Source: Paraglomus brasilianum (Eukaryota). From it: a stretch of 58,921 nucleotides of DNA. The stretch is from the NCBI GenBank assembly GCA_910592345.1, contig CAJVPI010000083.1:1-58921 (forward strand), in the 5' to 3' direction. Below the pieces are notes generated by a model that was not told the origin of the DNA, did no database searches, and saw only the letters and a list, made by a program, of their open reading frames with translations. Shown piece after piece: positions 25,601 through 38,749 of the stretch. The position numbers and the translations under genes are program-made. Numbering within the stretch: the first letter of the stretch is position 1; every line of letters begins with the position of its first letter.

Positions 25601-27382
25601 ATGATTACGACAACCGGTCTTTCTCTCGCAACCCGTAAAAATATCCGTGACGAGTTCCAGAATAAAATCCCTGAATTGCAGAAAACACTGAATAAATTAA
25701 CAGGTAGCGATTATGAATTTCATGTTGATTTTGCTACATTGTACGAAGAATCCGTTAGAGCCAACTCTAGTCAGACTCAATGGTACAAATCTAGTATGGG
25801 CCAGATTGCTTATCAATACTTCGAGTCTATCGTGAGCAACATTAAGCGTGTCGCGGAGAACGACGATCTCGTCCGTAGTGATTTTATTAAAGTGACAAAC
25901 AAGCATGAAATCCATTTGGTCAATGATAGCGAGATCAATGGGGACAATGATTTAGAAATTGTCGACGGAATAATTCACATAAAGGTACGCCCAGGTCAAC
26001 TTGGCTATAACGCATCAGTTGGCTATTACATCCTTAACTACGTGAAGGTCGCCGACGAAACCATACCCTTGCGTACGAAGATAAATATTCGGGATGGGTG
26101 GGAATTGAAGATTCCAAATATTAAGAAAACCTTAAAGAAGGTTCTTGGCGAGGACTATGATTTTGTTGTTAACTTTGACGAAATTTATGCTCAGGCTATT
26201 AAAGAGAGACCTGACTATCTGGATTGGTATTCTTCCAGTTTAGGGGATATTGTTTACGGATATTTCGATTCTCTGAAAGGTTACATTCACAGATATGCAG
26301 AGAAGGACGAATTAGTTCGAAACGAATTACTTAAACTAACAGCGACCAGAAAGATCCACCTTGTTTATGATAGCGATTTGGAGACTAATGAACTTCTTGA
26401 AGTCAAAAATGATGCCTTCTGGATAAAGACAAGACCAAAGGACTTTGGTTCAAGCACCAGCATCGGATATTATTTGATTGATCGTGTAAAGGACCCAGAT
26501 TCTGCCTTGCCACTTAGAACCAAGGTGGATGTCCGTGACGAATGGGAACTGAAAATCCCAAAGTTGAAGCAACGGCTAAAATCATTGCTTGGCGAGGATT
26601 ATGGATTTGAGATTGACTTGGATGAAATTTACTCGCAAATCATCAAAGCTAATAAAAGTCAACATGATTGGTATACGAGAAGTTTAGGGTCGATTACCTG
26701 CAGTTATTTTGATTCACTTATTTCCAATATAGAGAAAACTGCGTCAGATGATTTGGCACGCAAAGAGTTCCTTGAAGCAACTTCGTCCCGTACATTTCAT
26801 CTTGTGCTCGATATGGAATTGGAGAGCAACAATGATGTCGAAATCGTGAATGGTGATCTTAATATCAAGGTCGATCCCAAGAACTATGGATATAACGTAT
26901 ACATTGGAACTGATATTTCAAAAAAGATTAAAGCTCCCGGATCAGCGTTTCCACTTGAGACGAAGCTTAATATTCGCAATGAATGGGAACTTAAGATTAC
27001 TGCCCTTAAGAAAAAGCTTAAGGAAGCAGTCGGTGAAGAGTATGAGTTTGTTGTCGACTTTGAAGAATTGCTTAACATTGCTTTAGAGAAAAACAGCAAC
27101 AGTGAGTCCAGTTGGCTGAAGCGCTCTTTGGGGGAAATCGTTTACCAATACTATGGCGCTCTAGTTGATAATGTGATTAAGGTTGCAAAGGATGATGATC
27201 TCGTGCGAGAAGGTTTCGTTGAAGTGACTGGAGAAAGGAAGATTTACTTGGTCTATGATTCGAATTGTGAAAGTAACTGCGATCTGCAGGTAGTTGATGA
27301 TGCAGTTTACATAAAGATTAAACCGGGAAGCCTTGGCAGAGATAGTTACTATGTTGGACATAACATCATTGATATATTGTAA
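25601..27382 (+). CDS. Intronless 593-aa protein with four tandem ~148-aa repeats, function unknown
   Basis: Long clean ORF. Repeats begin at aa 7, 155, 303 and 450 (L[SP]Lx[T][RK]x[ND][IV]R[DN]EW..KI..L...L...GEDYxFxV[DN]F). Confidence 0.9.
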   Translation: MITTTGLSLATRKNIRDEFQNKIPELQKTLNKLTGSDYEFHVDFATLYEESVRANSSQTQWYKSSMGQIAYQYFESIVSNIKRVAENDDLVRSDFIKVTNKHEIHLVNDSEINGDNDLEIVDGIIHIKVRPGQLGYNASVGYYILNYVKVADETIPLRTKINIRDGWELKIPNIKKTLKKVLGEDYDFVVNFDEIYAQAIKERPDYLDWYSSSLGDIVYGYFDSLKGYIHRYAEKDELVRNELLKLTATRKIHLVYDSDLETNELLEVKNDAFWIKTRPKDFGSSTSIGYYLIDRVKDPDSALPLRTKVDVRDEWELKIPKLKQRLKSLLGEDYGFEIDLDEIYSQIIKANKSQHDWYTRSLGSITCSYFDSLISNIEKTASDDLARKEFLEATSSRTFHLVLDMELESNNDVEIVNGDLNIKVDPKNYGYNVYIGTDISKKIKAPGSAFPLETKLNIRNEWELKITALKKKLKEAVGEEYEFVVDFEELLNIALEKNSNSESSWLKRSLGEIVYQYYGALVDNVIKVAKDDDLVREGFVEVTGERKIYLVYDSNCESNCDLQVVDDAVYIKIKPGSLGRDSYYVGHNIIDIL

Positions 27383-27790
27383 ACTGAATACATTGTAATA
27401 TTGTAATGTTACTATTAATGTGCTATTTTATTTGCAATAGTCTATATAGCATCTAATAGCTAGTTTAATTATATCAAGGATCAATTCACAACTCTCGCTT
27501 ATAAAGAATTGGAATTAAAGTTAATAAATCTGATCACGAATGTTTGGTTTCAAAAAATGAGCCCAGTTGTCTGTAATGATTGGTATTCTATGTAAGAACC
27601 AGAAAATTACATAAATAGAGAGCTTGCTTTGTCAAGTGCTTGGAAGAATTTAGATCTGAAGGATTTTTGTTCAAATGCGTAATATCTTCCAGCGAACCCT
27701 TCAAAGAAGTGACTCGAATCACGGGAATTCTTGAATATCAATGCAAGCTGATCGTTTTTCTGAGATACAAACCTTTACTATCGACCAAAT

Positions 27791-28623
27791 ATGTTGTTGA
27801 CCCCACCACATCACTTCGGGACTGTTGAGAAAGGAGTATACCGATCAGATATGCTTCGTCCCTCTCATTTTACCTTTATAAGGTCTCTCCGACTCAAGAC
27901 TGTTCTCGTACTGTCACCTGAAGTAACCACACGAGCTGTTACCAATTTTCTGGAAGAGAATAACATCCGACTGGTAGGTTTTGTCTGTAATTCATTTCCT
28001 GACAATTGTTACATCTTTATAAATGCATGCAGGTTATAGGTACATTTAGGCCTGAAGGTCTGGAAGCCCAATATAGGTTGGCGACCAGTGAGCGAAGAAC
28101 TGATTAAAGATGGATTAGAGCTAGTCTTGGATGTTGCAAATCATCCTATTCTCGTTATGTGCACGTAAGTGACTAGCTTATGATATTGTAGTATTTTAGA
28201 TACAACAATAATTAATATGATTTGTGGCGAAGGTCGGGCATCCATGAAACGGGAATGTTTGTTGGCTGTCTACGTAAATTACAGAATTGGAACTTCTGTT
28301 CGATTGTAGTCGAGGTAAAGTGGTAATATGGATATTCGCTTTAAGAATCATGCTCATGTGCTTATCCAACCAACACACGATTGTTGGATTGGAAGTATCG
28401 TAGTTATGCCGGCAACAAAGCGAGATACGTTAACGAGCAGTTTATAGAGCTCTTTGATATGGATCTGATAACGTTTCCTAAGAACTTGCCTTATTGGTTT
28501 ATTGAACAACGGAGATTATTGGTAAGCGTCACGCTCTGCTTTGGATCATATATGTCATACTGATTTCTTAAATTGATGAACTAGGAAGAGGAGGAAAAAG
28601 AGGAAGAATTAACGCAGCCGTAG
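27791..28623 (+). CDS. Siw14/Oca-family (PFA-DSP) phosphatase-like protein, OCA4-like, 5 exons
   Basis: MLLTPPHHFGTVEKGVYRSD..LRLKTVLVLSPE..WRPVSEELIKDGLELVLDVANHPILVMCTSGIHETGMFVGCLRKLQNWNFCSIVVEYRSYAGNKARYVNEQFIELFDMDL..LPYWF. Confidence 0.88.
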
Positions 28624-30206
28624 CTTACGTGAAAGACTATAGATTAATAGGGAGCAATAATTTATTATTTGTTTCTACTTCACGTTGCATGCTTTTGCTC
28701 GTAAGAATGATTAGCGAGAGTGCGTCATATGCACACAACAGTAGTGATTGCCTATCAACTATTATCGTATACGATAAAAGTCTTACGTTTCCTTAAAATT
28801 CATATAAGTAATTTGGAAGAATGATTATATTGCCAACATTTCGCTAATGATAAATCAATACCGTACAATCCACGATAAATTAACTTGTTATTAGGTTGGT
28901 TGTGTTGGTCTTTACCAACTCCCGGGACTATCTCTTGAAGATCCACAATGTATACTGGTATTATGAGTCGTCGATATGAGCATAATCGGTCACGACGGTG
29001 ATATGGCATATTGTGAAATTTTAATGATTTCCGTGATAAAATTAAAGTAAAGGGAGTAATTTATTTTACTTTACTTCTTTACCAACATTCTACGGTGATA
29101 AGTCTCTATCAACAATTGAATTACCACCAAGTTATCAGGTTGTCAATATGACAGCTCAACTATTTAACGTAAACGGACAAAATAGTATAACAGACTCGGA
29201 GTTAAGATTGGTTTGGCATCGCAGTTTTATTAATATTAAGTAGGCTGTGTCTATATTAATATGCTTTGATAACAATTTCATTGTTATTACTATCGCGAGG
29301 GACTTTTTATTCACAAACATTGTTATTACTATAAAGGTGTGAGCTATGTTTTCTAGCACGTGAGTCAGCATTGTTAAAGTATTTTAACCCAAATATACTC
29401 ACTAGTCGTTGCACCAACTTACTCTTTGGAATGCTCACTCAAATTCCATCGAAAGAAATCAGGATAGGAAAATTCCGAAGGAACGTCATAGCAATTTATT
29501 AAGTGATACTAGGGCGTAACATCGAAATGTTGCTACTCGTAATACGGGGGTCCTATAATAAGAATTACAGACGACAGTAAAGAAAACAGCAAAGTTTCAC
29601 CGTAGAAACATCTAAACATTTGTGTAAATAAAAAGTCTGCACTTGTATCTCTCTTGAAAATATCCTAAAGGTAAATGGAATGTCGAATAAGAGTTAATTA
29701 GATGAAGAGAAATCATCACAGCGCCAGCAACTGACAAAGTACTTCATTTATCAGACTGAATTATCCAGAACATAGTGTGTATAACCCCTCGTCGTATACT
29801 TCATGTGATATCAAGCTCCCGCAACAATCGATCGTAATGAACGTTAGGTTTATGGCGTTCTTTGCTGCATTGAATATGGAGAGATTTTGAGCTTGACTGA
29901 GGAGCGTCGTCTTGTATATATCTCGGATGATGTTGAACCAGCTTCTGATTAGTACAAGATGGGTTAGTTGTTTTTATTATCGAATAAAGTCTTACAAGAC
30001 AGCTATTAATGAACTTTGCTACGATTAACTCTTTCCCTATTTACTAACGTTATACACGCTACTATTTATTGGGTAAAGACTCTGTCGTGATTCTCTTCAT
30101 TACTATGCGTTACTGGTCTACTGTTATTACTTTTCTTGTTTTAATTTACTTAATAAATTGTTTTATTTAAAATTAATTTTCATCACAAAAAAGAATTATT
30201 AAATTA

Positions 30207-31200
30207 TTACAAACCCAAATCTCTTAATTCACTCTCGGCACCCATACTTGAGGATTGGCCTAATTTATGCTCCATGTTCGATAATCGATCATGCATCACC
30301 AGTAAAACATCTTTGACCTGTGAAAGAAGATACATGTTAATATGTATGCATCATCTATAGTTATGAATACTTCATTTACAAAACCGAGTTCTTGTTCTAT
30401 GAAGGAGCAATACTATTTATTTACCATATCGACTGATAGTTGAAGCATTTTTGCATTGGGCATACTTATAAGGTCTGCCGGGACAGCTCCGTCATTGAGG
30501 TATTGCCCAAGTTGGTAGCTATATTGTATTAGTATATACCGTCAATTCTCTACATAGGCAAGTAAAACAATGATGAGAGAAAACAATCACTCACGTTGTT
30601 ACTTGATCTAAATCGATCATAATGAGATCACTGAAGAACGAAAGATTCTTATCAATAAACGAGTACAACGTTTATTTTCTTGGATAAAACAACCATCAAT
30701 GACTGGCGAACATCTCACCGAATATAATCAAATTTGCGTGGTGTTGTGTGATAGACTTTCCCAAGCACATTGCCACAACCATGGCAATATGTCAATACGT
30801 ACGTGCTGTGGGGGAACACGGGTTAATGTATCAATACAATGGTAAATGATAATGATCACTTTGAAAGTATATGAATACAAAATACCTTCCCAAATCAATC
30901 CCTCCCCGTGACCATTCGACCTCAGTGCCAACTCTAATATTAGCTGGTTTAGCTGATGGAATCAATCGTCAATAACGATACTTTAGCGCGTAAACATTAT
31001 TCAGTTAAATTGTAAGTATATCTACCATGTAGAACAACACTTCGTAAGTCTTTGTCCGCATTGACCCAAGCAAATGAGTCACCAACGATAAGTCTACATT
31101 TAACGCATTGAAATACCAATGGAGCGGTAATTTCCTCGGCGCCACAGTCTTCAGTCGGTAAGTGCTGTTCTTGACGTTGGTGTTGTTGCATTGGTTGCAT
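30207..31200 (-). CDS. MIS18: Mis18 (Yippee/Mis18 zinc-binding domain; CENP-A loading factor), multi-exon
   Basis: PLVFQCVKCRLIVGDSFAWV, second CxxC YCHGCGNVLGKVYHTTPRKFDYIRDLIMIDLDQVTSYQLG, and C-terminal helix VKDVLLVMHDRLSNMEHKL. Confidence 0.85.
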
Positions 31201-34022
31201 GTAAGGATCCTAGGAACAGACATAGAACGGTCAGCTAAGGTAGTGCATGGACAGGTTCCTGCTCAGTCGTGCAGAACATGTAATTCACCATGTATGTCTG
31301 TTATTTATGGTCGGAATTTGATTTTGGAAAAGACGCCGCCTGACTTGCGCGTTCAACGATTGATCAAAGTTGAATCAGTGACCATGATTTGCATGAACAT
31401 CCTCTTTCGAAATAGACTCACCAGCTACTGTGGGTCAGGCAATTGACGGCTAAAGATAAATGGACAGTTCTTATGTGACTCTTATATTATTTGGAATTCA
31501 ACTCTCAGGTCCGACAGTAGTTAAATCAAACTTGCACCCAAATAAAATGTATTGCATCAAACAATGTGTCGGAAATAAGAATTAAGCGGGCAGAACGTAT
31601 TGAGCGAGCAGAACGAATGGGAACTCAAAAAATGGGTGTTATAGGAGACTTGAGACCAAGTTGTTCAAATGCATCCTTATTTTTGGTTTATTATTATGGA
31701 TCACTACATCCTCGTGCAAAAAAGTTTACCACGCCCAGAAGAAGAGCTCTTTTTTTAATATAGTAAGAGAATTTGTATTTGCAATCACATTGCCAATTCT
31801 CTCACTTTGTAGAGGTCAATGATGATAAACAACAAATGAATGTAGTTTTATCTGTATGTGACATGCTATAGTACAAAACCAAAGTGAAGATTACATATGA
31901 TAATAACAGCAGATTAAGATGTGGCTAGGATATTAATATTAGTTGATATGTCTGAGGAAAATGGCCAACCCTCTTTATTTTAGGCAACTAATCAAGACCA
32001 TATTTTACAAATGTTCTCTCAGCATGACTGGTCTGCAATCATAACACTGTTTCATTCTGGCTAGTACTAGGGTCTGCTTTAACATTATTCAATTTATATT
32101 ATATGGTCTATTGTTATTGTAGTATAAAAGAATGAGAAGTATTTTATTTATTAAAGCACTCATATTTTCTGCCCTAAAGTTTCAATTAAATCAAATTAAA
32201 GATTCAGTCACTCCTCAACAAAATGCAACCTTTTTTAATTTGCAGGACGTGATTCAAATGGCAGAACAATGTAATGTTGTCAGTCAAAAGTTACTAATAA
32301 GCAATTGTGGCAAGCTTTCAGAAGTCAAGATAAACTCAAAGCTGAATAATTAGAGTAAATCTAAATAGAGTAAATAACAGACATTAGAATAAATACAGAA
32401 TTTGTGAGCGTATTATTAGTATTGTAAAATAGTTTATCATCATCCGCTTGCCAACTACCGTTTTCACCCTGTTTGAATATACCCATCATACTTGTAACAT
32501 GTTGCGCCACCAACACAATAACGACTTTATAAATTGACGCGCGCGACAATTGATTTCTCGCAAATATCTTTTTTTTTTCATGTCAAAGTGCAATGTTGAT
32601 AGGCTTCTTCGTTATGCTGACGTAATTTTATACATCATGTGCTCTGAGTGCTTATTATTGTTATTACTATTTTAATATAGTGGCATGTATAGAACTTCAA
32701 TAGATGATGTGGAAATTTTATATAAAGAGATTCTCGTGCTTGTGCTCTTTCTGTAATATTTCATTCTCTGGCCCAAACGAAAAAAGGGACCCCTAAAGTT
32801 AATATAAGATACACAATATCCATATCCATAATCAAAAAGTTATTCACTCGAAGATGGCGCGCCTAATTCGTCTTTCAACAACAGTAAGTTGTAGCATGCT
32901 GTTCGTATTTTTAATACTAGACACTTATCGTTATTATTACATTTAGTTATTACTTATTTATATCGCGTAACACTAAAAAACGCGTGCTTAAAAAGCAGAG
33001 CTTTCAATAGGTACCGAAATTGATTCTTTTCTTATGCGCAAAATTATTTCTAACTATTATATATGCTATTCATTAACGGTAATGCAGATAATTCTAACCC
33101 TCCGGAGACTAGACTAAAAGACAACAGGACCAATGGCAAGTTTTGTTCGAGAATTGTCTAAAATTAGAAAGTTGGTTCAACTTCATCCGTAACCTCAGTG
33201 AGACGTACCCGGGTCAGTACAAGTTACCGCGGTACCAACTTTCTTGCTTTAAAGTACTTTTTCCCATACACTTTTCACACACCTTTTCAACAAACGCGAA
33301 AACGAAGAAGATTCATTTTAAGGTAGTTCCTTATTGAGTCTGTCTGAGTAATCAGAAATTGAAAACGGCAAGTTGCCAGTTAGGTGACCAACCTGGTATA
33401 CGGGGGACCGTCTGCTGTGGACGTTTTCGAAAGGTCTGTACGCAACAGCTTTGTGATAGTATTCTTGCTTGTTATTCTATTGTGCATGTGGGTAGGTCAA
33501 CGACCGTGGTAACGGCGCGATACCAAGGTTCCCTTTCACAAATTAGGTAAACAGAATCGGACGTCTTGGCGAATAGTATGAACTATTCATCAGCAAAAGT
33601 CTGACTGTAATGACTGTAATCCTGAATAGCTCCTGCTTCTTCTGACGATAGCATGTCTTAAGAAGATGTAGATTCGAAATGATCCGTTTGATCAGCTTTC
33701 TTTCAACAGTTAATGATTTTGCACGGAGAAGCGAGATAATACAAGTACAAGCTGGCGTTAGCGTCATGCATTAAGTCTTAAGTTTATCCAAATTCTCGTA
33801 GATGTAATAACCACATACAAAGTGCTTTAATATAGTCATTTAATAATTGGCATATTAATATAGACTTTATGTTATGTGTGTCTTGTAAAGGAAAGAACTG
33901 CACATTGCATTCTATTATTTGAGCCACATTCGCGCATTACTACATCGAGCACCATACAACAATCAGCCACATTACATGGCGAACCGTACTTGCTAGCTGC
34001 CTGAACTAAGTGCACAGGGTCA

Positions 34023-35881
34023 ATGCCACGAACGAAATCTTATACGCCAAGAACGGCTGGTGAATTCGTAAGAAGCCTTGAAGCATCGACAGCAGCCTGT
34101 GAAGGAGATGGGACAACAAGCAGAGATAAGGATAGGAGTGTTAGTCTCTGTCTTTTGGAAATCTCATATGCATCTACCTCGCCCTTGTAATTAGACTTTG
34201 GGTCAGCTGAAATTCTTCTTCCAACAAGTAGTTGCGCAACATCAACATGTATTTGTATATTCTTTTTAATAGCGACAACAACGCAGAGGCAAATACGGAC
34301 TAAATGAAGGCGGAGACGAAAAGACCATCATGAAACTGTTCTCTGACCAATATATCGATCAAATACGAGCAACCGAAGCTGTAGCTTTTATGACCAGAAA
34401 TTCAAGTTGCTGGGAGAGCCATTCACAGATTGCCTGTAAAGTTATAAATCTAGGTTGTTTGCCTAGGTTAGTTGGGTCGTTACGCTCGAAGAATATTGGG
34501 CTCGTAGTAAGTAATTAAGACTGAATGGCTCAGTTTCGTCATAATTGTTCCTGACTATTTGATTGCCATTCTTGTGATTAGTACCTTGCTGCTGAAGTAT
34601 TAGGCAACATTTGTACTTCTAGAGCGCGGACACGTTTAGTATTGCAAGCAAATGCCAAGTCGGCGTTGATAGAGTGTCTCGATCACACTTCCCCACGAGT
34701 ACAAGAGAAGGTACATATTATCTATCACGGTATGTTCGTTCATCGCGAATACGAATGTTTACCATGTTGACTGTGATTGTTTGCAATAGGCTCTCTTTGC
34801 TCTTGGTCGAATTTATCAATGGTGTGACTACGGAATGGGAAGATATAGTTTCCTCCCTGATGATTTGAGTCCTTTGTTGTCTTTCACAAAAGATTCTCTT
34901 GACTTACCTCTCCTCCGAGGAATATCTTATGCGCTAGCAAGTGCAACGACTGTCGTTAAACCCGAGTGGATGTTTATTATTGTAAGCGTAGTCTTTTTAC
35001 GCTTTATATCAACCGAGTGTCCGTTATTTACGCCGTAATTGTTTATGGGTTGTTATGGTTGATAATGCAAAGTAGGCTTATGATCTGGCGAAATTACATC
35101 ACTTCCTCGCATCACATATATATACTGAAGATGATGAAGTGCTGAAGCACATAACAACTGGATTGTGTTCATTATCTAAACACAAACAAGAACATTCATT
35201 CTTCATACAATATGGAATATGTCGACGGCTTGTTCAGTTACTTCAGTGAGCATAGTTTGCATTATTTCTATTTCTTTTCCGTAACCGTTTATTAACACAC
35301 AATTTCCATATAGGAACGATGTCGTTCAAGAGAAAGTTGGCGAGTGTATTTACAATCTATCAGCAGGAACACTTGAGACACGTCAAACAATCATTAATTG
35401 CGGTTGCCTATCTACTCTTTTGGGTCTCATTCACCCGTTAACACGCCCAAAGCTGCAAGAAACTGCATACAAAATTATCTGCAAGCTAGCATCCGCTGGT
35501 TCAATATACCAGGTGCAGGCGATAATTCGAGCTAATGCTGTCCCTTATTTAATTGACATTCTCGAAAATCGTTACGAATTACCGGACTACCAAGATGAAC
35601 TTCGAGACCTCATATGTAATGCTGTCTGTGTGATAGCTCGGAATGTAGATGGTGAGCATATTAAATATCTAATTGCCCGTGGATGTGTATCGGCTCTTTG
35701 TAAAGAAATGGGAGGCAGTATATCGGACGAGACCAAATCGGCTATTTTGGATGCGCTAGATAACTTTGTTGATGTCTGGGATAAGCTTAAAAGGAAAGAG
35801 AGACATGACATTAGGGATTTTGCGAGGCACATCGCTGTCGCACGAGATGTTTTAAATATGTATCGATCGCGTGCGCAATGA
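34023..35881 (+). CDS. Armadillo-repeat protein, divergent importin-alpha-like, multi-exon (start tentative)
   Basis: ARM-like segments VINLGCLPRLVGSLRSKN, AAEVLGNICTS..LVLQANA..VQEKALFALG, GICRRLVQLL, IYNLSAGTLETRQTIINCGCLSTLL, AGSIYQVQAIIRANAVPYLIDIL, IKYLIARGCVSALC..ILDALDN. Confidence 0.75.
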
Positions 35882-36149
35882 TGAGACAAAATGTGAGACA
35901 ATAGAAAGTTAATAGATTAGAGTTAGTATGCTGTTTGTCACAATTTAATTGTACACATATGTGAAAATGTATCGGATATCATGCCAATAAAGATGGAATA
36001 GACAAACGTATGCTTTCATTGGTTACCAATGTCTTGCAGAACAAAGACACCTCTGTATTTTATGTTTGTAGCATCTAATTATTATTTGAGCTGACTTCGA
36101 TTCTACCTCTTCCATCACCACGCCTTAATTAACAGTCCAGAGAATTCTG

Positions 36150-38624
36150 CTACTTTGGTGGTGTCGAATGAATTGCTCGAGCTGCTATCCCGTCAATTGT
36201 ATCTAAAAACTTCCTCCTCATGTCTCTAATAACCTCCGCCTTATTTGTATGCTCACTACCATTCTTCCCATCCGACTCTCGATTCAACATTATTATCACT
36301 ATTTCTGCAGCATTAAAAAATGTCCATAGTTCACCCACAGTGATGATTCGCTTCTTAGCCACAGAATTAGTTACTTTCAGCATTTGTTCTATAAATGTAA
36401 GACCTTTACTCGGCTTGAATACGTCAGAAAACACAGAAAAATAACACCTTGCCATAATCCGCAATGCAGCTTGAGCGGTCCATGGTTGACGCTCCTTTAT
36501 GGTTTGTAGATAATCTGAGCCAAGGTATTGTAATAAATAGGATTGTACTGCCGGGCGAAGAAAGTCTGCGATCGTTGGGAGAATGGTTTCCAAATAACTT
36601 AGCTGACCGATCGTTAGAGGAGTGGACGCGACATGTTCCGTAAGAAATGGTTGATTTGGGATGGGTTGTCCAGGAAAGGATAGCTGGACGTAAGACGAGC
36701 TCGAGGCTATCTGAGATACGTATGCACTAGACTGGGAAAACTGGGTGTGCATGGCATGGATGGAATCGGAAAGTGAGAGAAGACCGGTCGGAGATTGGCC
36801 CGTGATAAACTGGACGTTAGCTCGGCTGTTGGATTGAGTGTCTAACATATCTATATCTAAATTCACAGAAGCTGAAGACTTCCGTCGATTCTTTGGTGAA
36901 TGGATCGAGTCATATAGCGAGGAAGATTGAAGCTTTTTTGTGTCATGCATACTAGAATCTGCGGCCGATGGAGACGAATTGAGATGAATGTATACTGGTG
37001 ACGGCTGGTTATTAGGATAATTCGACAGGTATATGGGAACGGTTGCTGCAATCTCATTGGACGTTGTCTTATGTATATCGCCAACAATTATATTGTGAGA
37101 AGAGGAATCGGGACCTTGAAGTGTCAAGTAATTGTTGTTTTTCAATATGCCGTTATCGTTTTCATCATCACAATCCATCATTTCTGTATCTTCGTTGTAA
37201 GTATATGATAATATCTGTTCAATAATTTAAATTTTAGTGTCCTCTGATAATAATCACAGGTGAGTATGCAAATTCTCTCCTAGTGTCTACCTGATGCTTA
37301 GCGGTTATATCCAAGCTAGGTTTATGCAATGGCTTGTCGGTTGTACTAGTCTTTGCTAGATTGGTAGTTGACAGAATATGACCACCAGGAGGCATGTGAG
37401 TAGCTAGTATTTGAGCGATTAGTATGACAGTTAGAAGTGATAAAACTGCTTCCAATCAGACGATTTTTGGGTCGATAATTCTTCGGCCATATACTGACCA
37501 CTGAAAGTGTTTGCATTACGGTAGTCAATAACTGAACGATCGCCTGCTGGTTTACTTCCAATAATTCTGGTCAAGATGTTCTCCAATCCAAACTTCTTTT
37601 CAAAAGAGGCCGTCCCAATTCCTGCTCAAATGAGAAATACGTTAAATACTTTCTTTTCAGGCAGATTCCTGTCATCATTGCTTACCGTGAACCATCGCTT
37701 TAACACACAGATTTTTGTCGTTCGATAACAAAACGATATTTGAACTTGACACAGTCCGGAAATATCTGTGGCATAAAACATTAAAACGTGTCAATGATCA
37801 ATTTAATGCTAGAGTAAATTTAGCATGCGTTCACTTACCGGCAGCAGTCAAGAATTTTATCGTCGTTTAACTACATCCAAATCAGATACTATTGTTATAA
37901 CTGACTTAATCTAATAACTGACTAAATTTGGCCAGTCGCCCAATCTGCTAACTTACATTAGCTGCATCGATCGTTTCATCGAGCATCTGTCCTCTTAACG
38001 ATTCCTCTTTGTTCTCTAGACAACTATGCAAATACGTAATAGCGCTCTTTGCCAGGTTCTTTACATCTGGTGCTTGCTTTCCGTCTGAATTTTGAGCTGC
38101 ATACGTCTGTCGGTTACTAGGTGTGCTTTTCAATCCGTCCAGTTCCTGCAATACAACCCATGGAATAACCACGAGAATGTTGTATCTTTTGGCATGCAAG
38201 GTAATCAAAGTTCGAATAAACGCCAAATGACTTATGAGGAAATTAGTATCGACCACTACGATAAATTGGTGAGTCAAAGATGGAATTTTTGGGATCGTAG
38301 ATTGTCGAGTAGATCGTGGAAGCTGTGAGGATAATAATTGGTTATCTGAAATGTCTGTAGTCGACAAAGGCGACGTCGCTTGACTATGTTTTAATTCTAG
38401 CGGCTGGCTAAGAGAGAAGGGAAGAGCGCAGGAGGAAGAAAAGACGTAGAAGGTTTACTATTGACTAGCTAATTCAATCTCCAGAACGGGTTTCGTGGTA
38501 TAATACATACGGTCGTTTGCTGGCTATCGACAAGATCTCGTCGATACTCAACGATTTGAGCAGCTATGTCTAGTAGCTCATATTCATCATCTATGTCCAT
38601 ATACACAGTCTCCTCGTTGTCCAT
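36150..38624 (-). CDS. SWT1: SWT1-like PIN-domain endoribonuclease, multi-exon
   Basis: VVVDTNFLISHL, VVIPWVVLQELDGLK, LRGQMLDE, NDDKILDCCRYF and VLLSNDKNLCVKAMVH, followed by a long Ser-rich region and a helical C-terminal domain. Confidence 0.85.
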
Positions 38625-38749
38625 GATCGGCCTAATGTGTTTAGAAAGTTTTTCACCAAAAGTATGCTCGCGACATACCGCTGCGCTCGTTGCACCAAAC
38701 ACGAAATTATGATTGGGTCATGACAAAAATACATCTTATGAATTGACTA

